Positions 39,557-48,229 of a stretch of DNA of 64,000 nucleotides are shown here, piece by piece (positions within the stretch are counted from its first letter, which is position 1; every line of letters starts with the position of its first letter). The translations under genes were made by a program, and so were the position numbers. The notes under the pieces are model-generated. The model saw only the letters and a program-made list of their open reading frames with translations, was not told the DNA's origin and did no database searches. This stretch comes from Candidatus Tectimicrobiota bacterium (GTDB lineage Bacteria > JACPUC01), in assembly GCA_016192455.1 (NCBI GenBank), contig JACPUC010000008.1:62001-126000 (forward strand), in the 5' to 3' direction.

Positions 39557-39934
39557 GTCGCCGGAACCTCAGGCGCCCCTGCCGCGTGCATCATCATCGG
39601 CCTGGCGGCGGGCGTCTCCCTGCCCGCCGGCGCGAGACAGAACGTTCACTCTCGGAGGCGCGCCTTCACGTTTCTGACCGTGCGCCCGGAGCGGTGTTCC
39701 CCCTTGGCCGCGGGGAGGCAAGTCGCTCCAGCGCGCAGCTCGACCGCGTGTAACCTCAGCTCCCTCCCCATGGCTCTCCGTCGCTTTCCTCCGCTGGCAC
39801 CCTGCTTGACTCCGGCTAGAAATTGCACCGGTTTTCGTCTACTATAGGTAACGCGTAGAGGTATCGCGGGGGCAGGGATGCGAAGCTCTGCCATGGAGGT
39901 GAGAGCTACGCATTGCGAGGAGGTAACTTCTGCG

Positions 39935-40915
39935 ATGTGGACGTTCTGGATGTCGGGGTTGTTGGCGCTGGCGCTGCTCCTCGGTGGTGGCGCGCCGGCG
40001 GTGTCGCAGGTCGTCGTCAAACCGCCCCCCCCAAATGGACCGGTCATCCGGCCCGACGCCGCCGAGACCCCGTCGCTCTTCCTCGTGCAAGAGCAGTCGG
40101 GGGGTACGATGACGGGGTTGCAGCGGGTAGGGCAAGCCCTGCTGGAGAACACCCGGCTCTACCTCATCATGCAGAACCGGCGCTACGCCGAGCGCATTCC
40201 GGATGAGCTCACGAGCTGCCTCCTCTGCCACCCGAACGGGCACACGAATGGCAGCTTCGTGGCGGCGCCGGATGGCTCCGGCCTGCGCTATGACGCCCCG
40301 TCGCTGCGCGGCGCCGCGTTCACCTTCCCGTACGCCTTCAAGCGGCAGCTCAACTCGCTGGAGCGTTTCATCTTCACCGAAATCCGCGCCGCGCACGTCG
40401 CCTTCACGTGGGAGCCCCAGATGCAGATTCCCTTCACAGGCGGAGGGCCGAGCCTCACCGAGGAGGAGCTTGACGCCATGGCGGCATTCATCCGCGCCCT
40501 GGATTTCCCGCCCAACCCGAAGCTCGATCGCTTCGGCAAGCTGAAGGCGGAGAGGGCCACGGCCGCCGAGCTGCGCGGTCAGGAGCTCTTCTTCGGCAAG
40601 GCGCGCTGCGCGGAGTGTCATGAGCCGCCCTTCTACACGGACCTGAAGGCGTACAACTTGCAAATTTCCGGCGAGAATCCGCCTTCCGGCATGATCAATG
40701 TGCCGACCCTGCGAGGCATCCGCTTTTCGGCGCCCTACTTCCACGATGGACGGTTCGACGGCCTCGGCGGGCGGTTCCCCGATGACGCGCCGATCGACCG
40801 CATCGACGTTGATGCCGCGCTCGGCGAGGTGGTCAGCTTCTTTAACGAGCTGCTGGAGCTGCAGTTGACGGCGGACGAAGAGGGCTCCCTGGTGGCATTC
40901 CTGAAAGCCCTTTAG
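39935..40915 (+). CDS. Exported di-heme c-type cytochrome (cytochrome c peroxidase/MauG-like fold)
   Basis: Signal peptide; CLLCH and CAECH; PTLRGI..SAPYFHDG. Confidence 0.82.
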   Translation: MWTFWMSGLLALALLLGGGAPAVSQVVVKPPPPNGPVIRPDAAETPSLFLVQEQSGGTMTGLQRVGQALLENTRLYLIMQNRRYAERIPDELTSCLLCHPNGHTNGSFVAAPDGSGLRYDAPSLRGAAFTFPYAFKRQLNSLERFIFTEIRAAHVAFTWEPQMQIPFTGGGPSLTEEELDAMAAFIRALDFPPNPKLDRFGKLKAERATAAELRGQELFFGKARCAECHEPPFYTDLKAYNLQISGENPPSGMINVPTLRGIRFSAPYFHDGRFDGLGGRFPDDAPIDRIDVDAALGEVVSFFNELLELQLTADEEGSLVAFLKAL

Positions 40916-41110
40916 GGCGGCGCCTTGAACCTTCGGGCCAAAGAACGAGCCTGGGCTGAGAGCTCGCCCGTTGGTCTCCGGCTCGTCGAGCAGATAGGTT
41001 TGGGCTGGATCACTGATAGCGTATCGCGCCTGTCGTCGCGCCCGCGGAGCAGACGCGAGGATGGGGCGAGGCGCCCTGCCTGCGGCGCAGCGGCAGGCAA
41101 GGAGGGATGG

Positions 41111-41818
41111 TTGCCTCGCACGAGACCTGCCGCCCAAGCTGCCACGACTTACTTCTGCAACGTCTGGCTGGCGCTTCTCGCCTTGACCGCGCTCTGCTGG
41201 CTTGCGGCGCCCGCGGTGGGCGCCGCCGAGGCGCCCAGCGCGGCGGTTCCACCCCTTGGTGCAGAGAACCTCCCCGGCCGTGGCCGCCCGGCGGCGGCTG
41301 GGGAGGAGCCGGCCTCGTTCTTCTCCTTGTACTACGCCGGCGCGCTGGCGCTCGACCGCAAGCAGTACGACTTTGCCATCTCTGCCCTGCGGCAGGCCAT
41401 CGCCCTGCGGCCGGACTTCGCGGAGTCCTACTGCGAGCTGGGGATCGCGGAGCTGGGGCTGAAACGCCCGCGGCGCGCCATTGCAGCCCTGAAGCAGTCG
41501 CTGGCTTTGGGGCCGAGCTATGCCAGCCGCTACATGGCGCGGTTCTCGCTCGGCGAGGCGTACCAGCTTCTCGGTCTGTCACAGCGCGCGGCGGCGGCCT
41601 ACCAGAGCGCCCTGCGCCTGCATGGGAACCTGGCCGTGGCGCACAAGCGGCTGGCGGAAATCTACCTCACGCAGCAGCAGCGCGCCCGCACCATCGCCGC
41701 CTACTGGAGCTACGTCGCCTTCGCGCCCGCCGCCACCGACGCGGCCAGCATCGCGCGGCGGGCGCGCAGCCTGCAGGAGGAGGCGCGGCGCGCACAGCCC
41801 GCGCCCGGCAACCGTTAG
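41111..41818 (+). CDS. Exported tetratricopeptide-repeat protein
   Basis: TPR patterns (ALRQAIALRPDFAESY, AYQSALRLHGNLAVAH); TTG start after AAGGAGG is inferred. Confidence 0.75.
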   Translation: MPRTRPAAQAATTYFCNVWLALLALTALCWLAAPAVGAAEAPSAAVPPLGAENLPGRGRPAAAGEEPASFFSLYYAGALALDRKQYDFAISALRQAIALRPDFAESYCELGIAELGLKRPRRAIAALKQSLALGPSYASRYMARFSLGEAYQLLGLSQRAAAAYQSALRLHGNLAVAHKRLAEIYLTQQQRARTIAAYWSYVAFAPAATDAASIARRARSLQEEARRAQPAPGNR

Positions 41819-41884
41819 CGTTGCGTCACACCAGGGCGCTGACGCATGTGACGCCTTGCAGTCAGGATTGCTCAGCGGCTTTCT

Positions 41885-41972
41885 GGTGGGGGACCCTTGC
41901 TCCCCCGCACCCCGCCCTCATCCGTTCCCTCTGCCATTGGGAGAGAGCCAGGGGTAGGGATGCGCGAGGGGA
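41885..41972 (-). repeat. Multi-hairpin intergenic repeat, divergent copy 4
   Basis: Reverse complement CCCCTCGCGCATCCC...GGGGTGCGGGGGAGCAAGGGTCCCCCACC shares both ends with copies 1-3 but has a different core. Confidence 0.55.
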
Positions 41973-42138
41973 GGCGCTCATAGGTTCTCGCCTGACCTTT
42001 CCCACCAAAACCAGAAACCAATGCTGGGAAGTAATTCCCTGCGACGTCGCGCGCGTCGCTCCGCACGGCTGCGCGGCGCCATGCCGCCGCATCCAAGCGT
42101 GACGTTCGCCGCCGGCGCCGCGTCGAGAGGAGCCTCTG

Positions 42139-42981
42139 ATGGAAATCGTGCGAATCAAGGAGCCCCACGAGTACCCGCCAAAGAGTCAACGGGTGTTTGA
42201 ACGCGTCAAGGATTGGTTCGGGGTCGATTTCGTCCCCAAGATGGATCGGGCGCAGAACCACTACCCCGAGTTCGGCGACGGGTTTCGGCGCGCCGCCAAA
42301 GTGACGATGCCCGATGGCGATCTCAGCCGCGGCCAGAAGGAGATGATCGCCGGGGCGGTGAGCGCCATCAATGTCTGCGAGTACTGAGGCCAGGCCCACA
42401 TCGCTGCCGGGATGCAGCAAGGCCTGGATGATGAGGACCTCTGGTTCGAGATGGCCTACACCGCCTCCGCCACCCATGGGCTCAACGCGGTCGCCGATGG
42501 CCTGCGCCTGCCCCTCGACTTCGCCGGCGCGGCGGGGACGGGCAACGGCGGGGCGCCGCCGTTCATCCCTCTGCTGAGCTACGAGGAGGCGTCCGGCAGC
42601 GTCCGGCGCATCTATGACGACATCAAGGCCTATTACGCCATGGATGATGTCCCGAACGTCTTCACGGCCATCGCCGACGATGCCACCTACCTGCGCGAAA
42701 CGTGGAGCTACGTGAAGGGGACGTTCACGACCAAAAAGCTGGAGCGCAGCTTCAAGGAGTGCCTCGCCTTCGCCGTCTCGCTCACCGGCAAGTCGGCCTA
42801 TGGCGCTGATTTCCACCTGCGGGAGATGCGGCGCCTGGGCGTGAGTCCGAAGGCGGTTCGCGAGGTCATCCAGGTGACGCAGCTCTTCAATGTAGCGACG
42901 AAGCTGGCGGACGCCCTGCACCTCGAGCCCGACCTGTCGCCCCAGGTCATCAAGGCGCAACGTCAAAAGACCGCGCCATGA
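42139..42981 (+). CDS. Two-domain AhpD/carboxymuconolactone-decarboxylase-like protein, predicted selenoprotein (Sec83, CxxU)
   Basis: ORFs 42139..42387 and 42412..42981 are in frame; read-through gives KEMIAGAVSAINVCEY-U-GQAH (AhpD CxxCxxxH); SECIS-like hairpin follows; RBS GAGGAG only at the first ATG. Confidence 0.85.
42388..42427 (+). promoter_or_regulatory. Bacterial SECIS-like stem-loop
   Basis: CCAGGCC(42390-96)/GGCCTGG(42421-27) lower stem; GCTGC(42403-07)/GCAGC(42414-18) upper stem; loop CGGGAT begins 20 nt after the TGA. Confidence 0.75.
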
Positions 42982-43341
42982 AGGCGCGCCGAGGTTCCGA
43001 ACGGCAGAAGCCGAAGAGGTTCGCCGGCGGAGGCTCGCGGCCGCTGGCTAGCGGCGCGGCCACCGCCCCTTGGAAGTGTGAGGGGAGCGCGAGCGTGGGG
43101 TCGGGCAATGGGGCAGCGGAGTGGCTGGCAACCATGCGGCAGGGAATGGGGTTGCGAAGCGAGAGGAAGTTCTCCATAGTGTATGTTTTGCGTCGTCAGC
43201 GGCATCCACGCGCGACGCGACCGGTATCCTGAGCATTGTCAACTCGCCGTCGGCGCCTCACGCCGAACTCTGACAGCCCAGCGCGCAACGCAATCTGAAG
43301 GGCTTGCACGCAAACGCGACTGTAGGAGGTCAAGGAGAACC

Positions 43342-43599
43342 ATGGACGATAGCCTCATCACCCAGGCCGCCTCCAAAGTCGGCAACCGCTACCTGCTCAT
43401 CAATATTGTGACACGGCGCATCAAGCAGTTGAAGGCCGGCTCGCATCCTCTCGTTGAGACCGAAAGCGAGTCCCACCTGGAGGTCGCCCTGCGCGAGGTG
43501 ATCGCTGGGAACACCTTGGCGCGCTTTCCGGAGGAAGCCACGGAGCCAGCGGAAGCGGTGCACGCTGCTCATGATGAGGAGCCGGCATCAGCGACCTGA
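43342..43599 (+). CDS. rpoZ: DNA-directed RNA polymerase omega subunit
   Basis: VGNRYLLINIVTRRIKQL..G.HPLV...VALREV; RBS AAGGAG. Confidence 0.85.
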   Translation: MDDSLITQAASKVGNRYLLINIVTRRIKQLKAGSHPLVETESESHLEVALREVIAGNTLARFPEEATEPAEAVHAAHDEEPASAT

Positions 43600-43726
43600 C
43601 AGCGATCGCGCCACCCCACCCGCGGCAGGCGGCAGGCCGTAGGGAGGGCGCAAGAGGGTGCGCTCTTCCCCCAAGAACCGGCGCAGCGGCGCTCGCTGTC
43701 CCGGGACGCCTCGCGGGAGCGTGCCA

Positions 43727-44308
43727 TCACTCCGGCGGCGTGCTCCATCCCGCTCCCGCCGTCCCATCCAACGCCTTCAGCTCCATGCGGCGCATGGAGT
43801 CCGTGTCCCGGAGCACTTTCTGGATTTCGCGCTGCACGTTTTCCGAGCTGAGGAGCTCCGAGAGGAGCATGCGGTTGTAACTGATGCGGCGCAGATCGTC
43901 GTTGAGGTACTCATCCCGCTCCTCGTGAAGCTTGCGCGTGGCGCGGTAAAGACGCTCCTCGAGGGCCTCGTTCTCCGTCAACAGCGCCATGACGAGGTGC
44001 GATTCCTTGCGCCGCATCCCGAACAGCCCCACCTTCGCTAGTTTCTTCCGGTAGTTCTCGTTCAGGGTCTCGAGCTGCTCGATGCGGCTGCGCAGCTTCT
44101 GCACCTCCTTCTCAAGACCGACCTTGTGGGCGTCCCAGAAGTCGTTCAGGGCGCGCTCTATGGTGAAGAGACGCTGGTTCCGGTCCTCTGCCAGCCGGCG
44201 GAACTTGCGCCCCCACCAAAGGCGGCCCAGGGCGATGCCGATGCTGAGGAGCGCCGCTGCGGCGAAAATGAGGATGAACAGATCACGCGGATCACTCGTG
44301 AAGGTCAT
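43727..44308 (-). CDS. Membrane-anchored coiled-coil hypothetical protein
   Basis: One N-terminal TM segment then charged heptad-like sequence; host-like codon usage. Confidence 0.75.
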   Translation of the reverse strand: MTFTSDPRDLFILIFAAAALLSIGIALGRLWWGRKFRRLAEDRNQRLFTIERALNDFWDAHKVGLEKEVQKLRSRIEQLETLNENYRKKLAKVGLFGMRRKESHLVMALLTENEALEERLYRATRKLHEERDEYLNDDLRRISYNRMLLSELLSSENVQREIQKVLRDTDSMRRMELKALDGTAGAGWSTPPE

Positions 44309-44510
44309 TCTCGCTCTCCGGAAATCCCCCCGAGGTTCCTCTCGCGGCAGGCGCCTTCACCCAAAGACCGCGGCACAACCTCTCATTACCGTACCCTAGC
44401 GCGCCCCTCCCTGGTTCGTCAAGACGATACCGCATGAGAGCCGAGGGTGCCTGCCGACTGGTCGCTCCCCGGACGCCGGCCGCGATACCCTGCGAGGCTA
44501 ATAATTGTCC

Positions 44511-44539
44511 TTGACATCTTTTTTCGCCTTGCCTACCGT
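44511..44539 (+). promoter_or_regulatory. Putative sigma70 promoter of AOR operon
   Basis: TTGACA-17 nt-TACCGT. Confidence 0.6.
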
Positions 44540-44652
44540 AACAGCGTCGAACTGGCGTGTCGGCCTCCGCCTGGCCGGGAAGCACCCTGTTCGCTTGCTA
44601 CCCCTTTTCCTCGCACGGCGATCGTTCACGTTACGGTTGTGGAGATGGTGGC

Positions 44653-44856
44653 ATGGCCGCTGACGTCAAAACCGCCGCGATTCGCTGCAAGTCCTGCAAC
44701 TGCCGCTTCGACGTGCCCGACGGCCAAAAGGAGGTTGTCTGTCCCGAATGCGGCCAGGGCTGGAAGATGCGCTGGTTTCGACCCGGGGTGGGCATGATCA
44801 TCGCGCCGCTCAACTGGACGCAGTTCCAGAAGGAGGCGAGAAGGGTTCAGGAATGA
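44653..44856 (+). CDS. Small zinc-ribbon protein (67 aa)
   Basis: MAADVKTAAIRCKSCNCRFDVPDGQKEVVCPECGQGW...; stop overlaps AOR start (ATGA). Confidence 0.78.
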   Translation: MAADVKTAAIRCKSCNCRFDVPDGQKEVVCPECGQGWKMRWFRPGVGMIIAPLNWTQFQKEARRVQE

Positions 44857-46736
44857 GCAACAAGATTGCATGGGTCAACTTGGCGACCCGTGAGGTGCGG
44901 ATAGAGGAGATTCCGGAGGAGTGGCGGCGGAAATACATCGGCGGGCGCGGCATCAATCAGTACCTCCTCTTCCAGCTCGTCGATAACTCCACCGAGCCGC
45001 TCGGGCCGGAAAACCCCCTCATCGTCGGCGCGGGCGCACTCTCCGGGGTGCTGGGCATCGCCAACTGCCGCGTCAACTTCTCCGCCAAGTCGCCCGAGAC
45101 AGGGCACTTGGGTGACTCCAGCATGGGGGGCTTCTTCGCCTCCGAGCTGCGCCAGGCGGGGTTCGACCATATCGTCTTCACGGAGCGCGCCGAAGAGCCC
45201 ATCTACGTCACCGTGCGGGACGGCGCCATCTGCTTCCACGCCGCGGCGCACCTCGCTGACACGAACGCCATCAGCATTCAGGACCGCATCAGGGAGGAGC
45301 TGGGAGACCCCCGGGTGCAGGTGGCGGCGATCGGCCCGGCAGGGCGCAACAAGGTGGTGTGGGCCTGCATCCTCAACGGCTCGAGCGACGCCGCCGGTCG
45401 CACCGGCATGGGCGCCGTCATGGGATCGAAGAACATCTGGGCCATCGCCGCCCGCGGCACCAAACCGCTGCAGGTGCACGACCCCGCCAAGCTCCTCGAA
45501 GTGACGAACCGGCAGTACACCCAGGTGACGACGACGAAAGGCTTCCTGGCCACCTCCGTGTATGGGACGCTCATCCGCCTCAACAACACCCGCACCCAGG
45601 GCTACGAGGGGGGCCACAACCACCAGTTCAACATGATGGAGGAGGGGGGGGAGGAACTCGACTCCGACATCTTCCTGGAGCGCTACGAGTCGGCCAAGAC
45701 CTCCTGCTTCAACTGCCCCACCCACTGCCGGCACCACTACGAGATCAAAGAGGGACCGTTTGCGGGGACGAAGGGCGGCTCCATGGAGTACTACGGCGCC
45801 GGCGGCTGGGGCAGCCAATGCGGCAGCGGCGACTGGAACACCATCCTGGTAGCCTTCGCGCGCTGCAACGAGTGGGGCCTCGACGTCGGCTCCGCCACGG
45901 CCTACACCGGCTGGCTGATGGAGCTGTGGGAGAAAGGCATCCTCACCCGCGAGCACACCGACCTCGACTTCACCTGGGGCAACCAGGAGGCCATCTTCGG
46001 CATCCTCGAGCAGACGACCTTCCGCAAGGGATTCGGCAACCTCGTTGCCGACGGCTGGATGAAGACGGCCGCGTACCTCGGCAACGACGCCGGCCGTTAC
46101 ATCGACCACGTCAAGGGGCTGACCATCGAGCCGGACGACGTGCGCGGTCACCGCGCCCAGGCCCTCGGGCTCGCCACCTCATCGCGCGGCGCCGATCACC
46201 TGCGCAGCCGCTACACCCTCGAGGAGTTCAGCCTGCCGCCCCAGGTCACGGCGAAGCTCACCGGCCGCGCCATCCCGGCCTCGGCGGAGAGCTACGAGGG
46301 GAAGGAGTGGGCCTGCTTCTGGACCGAATCCCTCTGCGCCGTCGCCGACGCCTTGGGGATTTGCAAGTTCCTCACCAAGTGGCTGAGCGCCGGGCTGCTG
46401 GGGTTCGACGAGTTCAGTGAGTGGCTGGGGGCCGCCAGTGGCCTGAAACTGACGGCGCAGGAAATCCTCGAGGTGGGCGAGCGCATCTACAACGTCGAGC
46501 GCCTCTTCCTCGTGCGCCACGGCTTCCGCCGCAAGGACGACGACGTGCCGCTGAAGTTCTACCACGCCTGGACGCACGGCCCGCGCGCCGGCACGCGGGT
46601 GGAGCCGGAGCACTTCCAGCCGCTCCTCGAGCGCTACTACGAGCTGCACGGCTGGGATAGCGACGGCGTGCCGACGGAGGCAACGCTGCAACGCCTGGGC
46701 ATCGACCTGCGCATCGAGGCGAGCGCAACGGTTTAA
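44853..46736 (+). CDS. aor: Aldehyde:ferredoxin oxidoreductase (W/Mo-bis-pyranopterin family)
   Basis: YIGGRG, KSPETG, AAIGPAG, AGRTGMGAVMGSKN, CFNCPTHC, RGADHL, LGICKF, YYELHGWD..GVP. Confidence 0.93.
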   Translation: MSNKIAWVNLATREVRIEEIPEEWRRKYIGGRGINQYLLFQLVDNSTEPLGPENPLIVGAGALSGVLGIANCRVNFSAKSPETGHLGDSSMGGFFASELRQAGFDHIVFTERAEEPIYVTVRDGAICFHAAAHLADTNAISIQDRIREELGDPRVQVAAIGPAGRNKVVWACILNGSSDAAGRTGMGAVMGSKNIWAIAARGTKPLQVHDPAKLLEVTNRQYTQVTTTKGFLATSVYGTLIRLNNTRTQGYEGGHNHQFNMMEEGGEELDSDIFLERYESAKTSCFNCPTHCRHHYEIKEGPFAGTKGGSMEYYGAGGWGSQCGSGDWNTILVAFARCNEWGLDVGSATAYTGWLMELWEKGILTREHTDLDFTWGNQEAIFGILEQTTFRKGFGNLVADGWMKTAAYLGNDAGRYIDHVKGLTIEPDDVRGHRAQALGLATSSRGADHLRSRYTLEEFSLPPQVTAKLTGRAIPASAESYEGKEWACFWTESLCAVADALGICKFLTKWLSAGLLGFDEFSEWLGAASGLKLTAQEILEVGERIYNVERLFLVRHGFRRKDDDVPLKFYHAWTHGPRAGTRVEPEHFQPLLERYYELHGWDSDGVPTEATLQRLGIDLRIEASATV

Positions 46737-46778
46737 GACCACCTGGAAAGCCGGGGCACGAGGAAGGGCGCCGCTGCC

Positions 46779-47207
46779 ATGATGAAGCTCGTGGTGAAGA
46801 AGAACCACTGCACCGGCTGCATGCTCTGCGAGTCGGCCTGCTCGCTCTTCCACGAAGGCGTGGCGAACTTGGAGCGGGCGCGGGTGCAGATTGCCCGCGG
46901 CGAGGCCCTCAGCCACAACTACGGCATCAACATCTGCCGCCAGTGCAAGGTCTGCCCGCCCATCGACGCCTGCCCGGTGCGCGCCATCTCCCGCGACGGC
47001 GAGCACGGCGCCATCATCATCAACTACGACGCCTGCCTGCCGGGCTGCTCGATCTGCGTCGCGGCGTGCCACCTCGACGCCATCTTCCAGGCGGGCGGCG
47101 GGAAGCCGGTGGTCTGCGATCTCTGCGGCGGCGATCCGCAGTGCGTGAAGATGTGCGAGCCGCTCGCCCTCGGCATCACCGAGGTGAGGATGGCGGCGGC
47201 CAACTGA
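46779..47207 (+). CDS. 4Fe-4S dicluster protein (AOR electron-transfer subunit)
   Basis: CTGCMLCESAC, CRQC, CSICVAAC, CDLCGGDPQCVKMC. Confidence 0.92.
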   Translation: MMKLVVKKNHCTGCMLCESACSLFHEGVANLERARVQIARGEALSHNYGINICRQCKVCPPIDACPVRAISRDGEHGAIIINYDACLPGCSICVAACHLDAIFQAGGGKPVVCDLCGGDPQCVKMCEPLALGITEVRMAAAN

Positions 47208-47232
47208 GGCGGCCGGCGGGAGGGAACACGCC

Positions 47233-47508
47233 ATGATCACCGTGAAGCTTCGCCCGCCCCTCACGGGCCTGATCGGCGCCAAGGAGCTGACCGTCAAGCT
47301 GCGCCAGGGGACGCTGCGCGAGGTCCTCGAAGCCGCCGGCGGCGACCATCCCAAGCTGCGGGCGGCCGTCTGCGAGGAGGACGGCAGCTTCAGCCAGGAC
47401 TTCAAGTTCATCCTCAACAACGAGAGCATCAACCTGAAAGACAACCTGGAGACGCTGGTCAGCGAACGGGATGAGCTGATCCTGCTGATGCCGATTGCGG
47501 GGGGGTAG
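47233..47508 (+). CDS. moaD: MoaD/ThiS-family sulfur carrier
   Basis: 91 aa ending PIAGG, downstream of aor. Confidence 0.88.
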   Translation: MITVKLRPPLTGLIGAKELTVKLRQGTLREVLEAAGGDHPKLRAAVCEEDGSFSQDFKFILNNESINLKDNLETLVSERDELILLMPIAGG

Positions 47509-47587
47509 GAGCAGGTCCGGATATTTCTTCACCGATGTCCTCAATCGGTAGGCAATCCATTCTCGATGAGCCGGTTTTCAACCTCAG

Positions 47588-48229
47588 TCATGGTGGTCCT
47601 GAAACAGGAAACCAGGCTTTCATCAAATCTCTGAATTGCTGGAAAGAGGTGTCGGTACACCGTTCAAGGCTCACGCGCTCTGCAAGAGCGCGATAGATGG
47701 CCGAGGAACGCGGAGTCCGAACTTCGCGTAGGACCGCGTGCAACGTTTCCTTGGGGCGCGGCGGTTTTAACGCACCAGGAGGCCAAAACTGCCGCTCCGA
47801 CAACCAATCTCGCAGTTGTGGTGTGCGACCTTCCCAACCAAGAGCCCGACCGACCTCTGGAGAGTCGCTCCAAACCCAATTCTCCAGTTCCGGTTGGATA
47901 ATCAAGACCCGCGACCGATCTTCCCAGCCTGCAGCAGCTAATCTTCTTTCGAGATCCGCTCGAACATCATCCGCCTGGCGATCTTCCTGCCCTGATCCTT
48001 CGTAATCAAACATGACCAGCGAATGCTTGGCGCGACGCCGATAGGTTTCAAGAACCTCCGGCGCCTCATGAAAACAACCGGGGTCACGTCGTGGGTGGAA
48101 AAGGAGTTCATAACGAATCGGTCGAATGCCAAGGCTCTTTTGCCGATGCGACAGCAGGCAATCAAGGGTTTCGCTATCGTCCTTTCCCGGAAGGAGGGCA
48201 ATCAGGTCCAAATCGAATCCATGGTTCAT
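47588..48229 (-). CDS. Defence-associated protein resembling MADS MAD4
   Basis: LGIRPI, HPRRDPGC, FDYEGSG, PELENWVWSDSP, KPPRPKE; ATGA-coupled to ATPase. Confidence 0.7.
   Translation of the reverse strand: MNHGFDLDLIALLPGKDDSETLDCLLSHRQKSLGIRPIRYELLFHPRRDPGCFHEAPEVLETYRRRAKHSLVMFDYEGSGQEDRQADDVRADLERRLAAAGWEDRSRVLIIQPELENWVWSDSPEVGRALGWEGRTPQLRDWLSERQFWPPGALKPPRPKETLHAVLREVRTPRSSAIYRALAERVSLERCTDTSFQQFRDLMKAWFPVSGPP

Noticed and set aside
42385-42387. TGA as a simple nonsense mutation or a genome-wide recoded stop
   Set aside because: Many neighbouring genes end normally at TGA, and the exact Cys-column position plus the hairpin favour Sec. A nonsense mutation cannot be fully excluded without sel genes.
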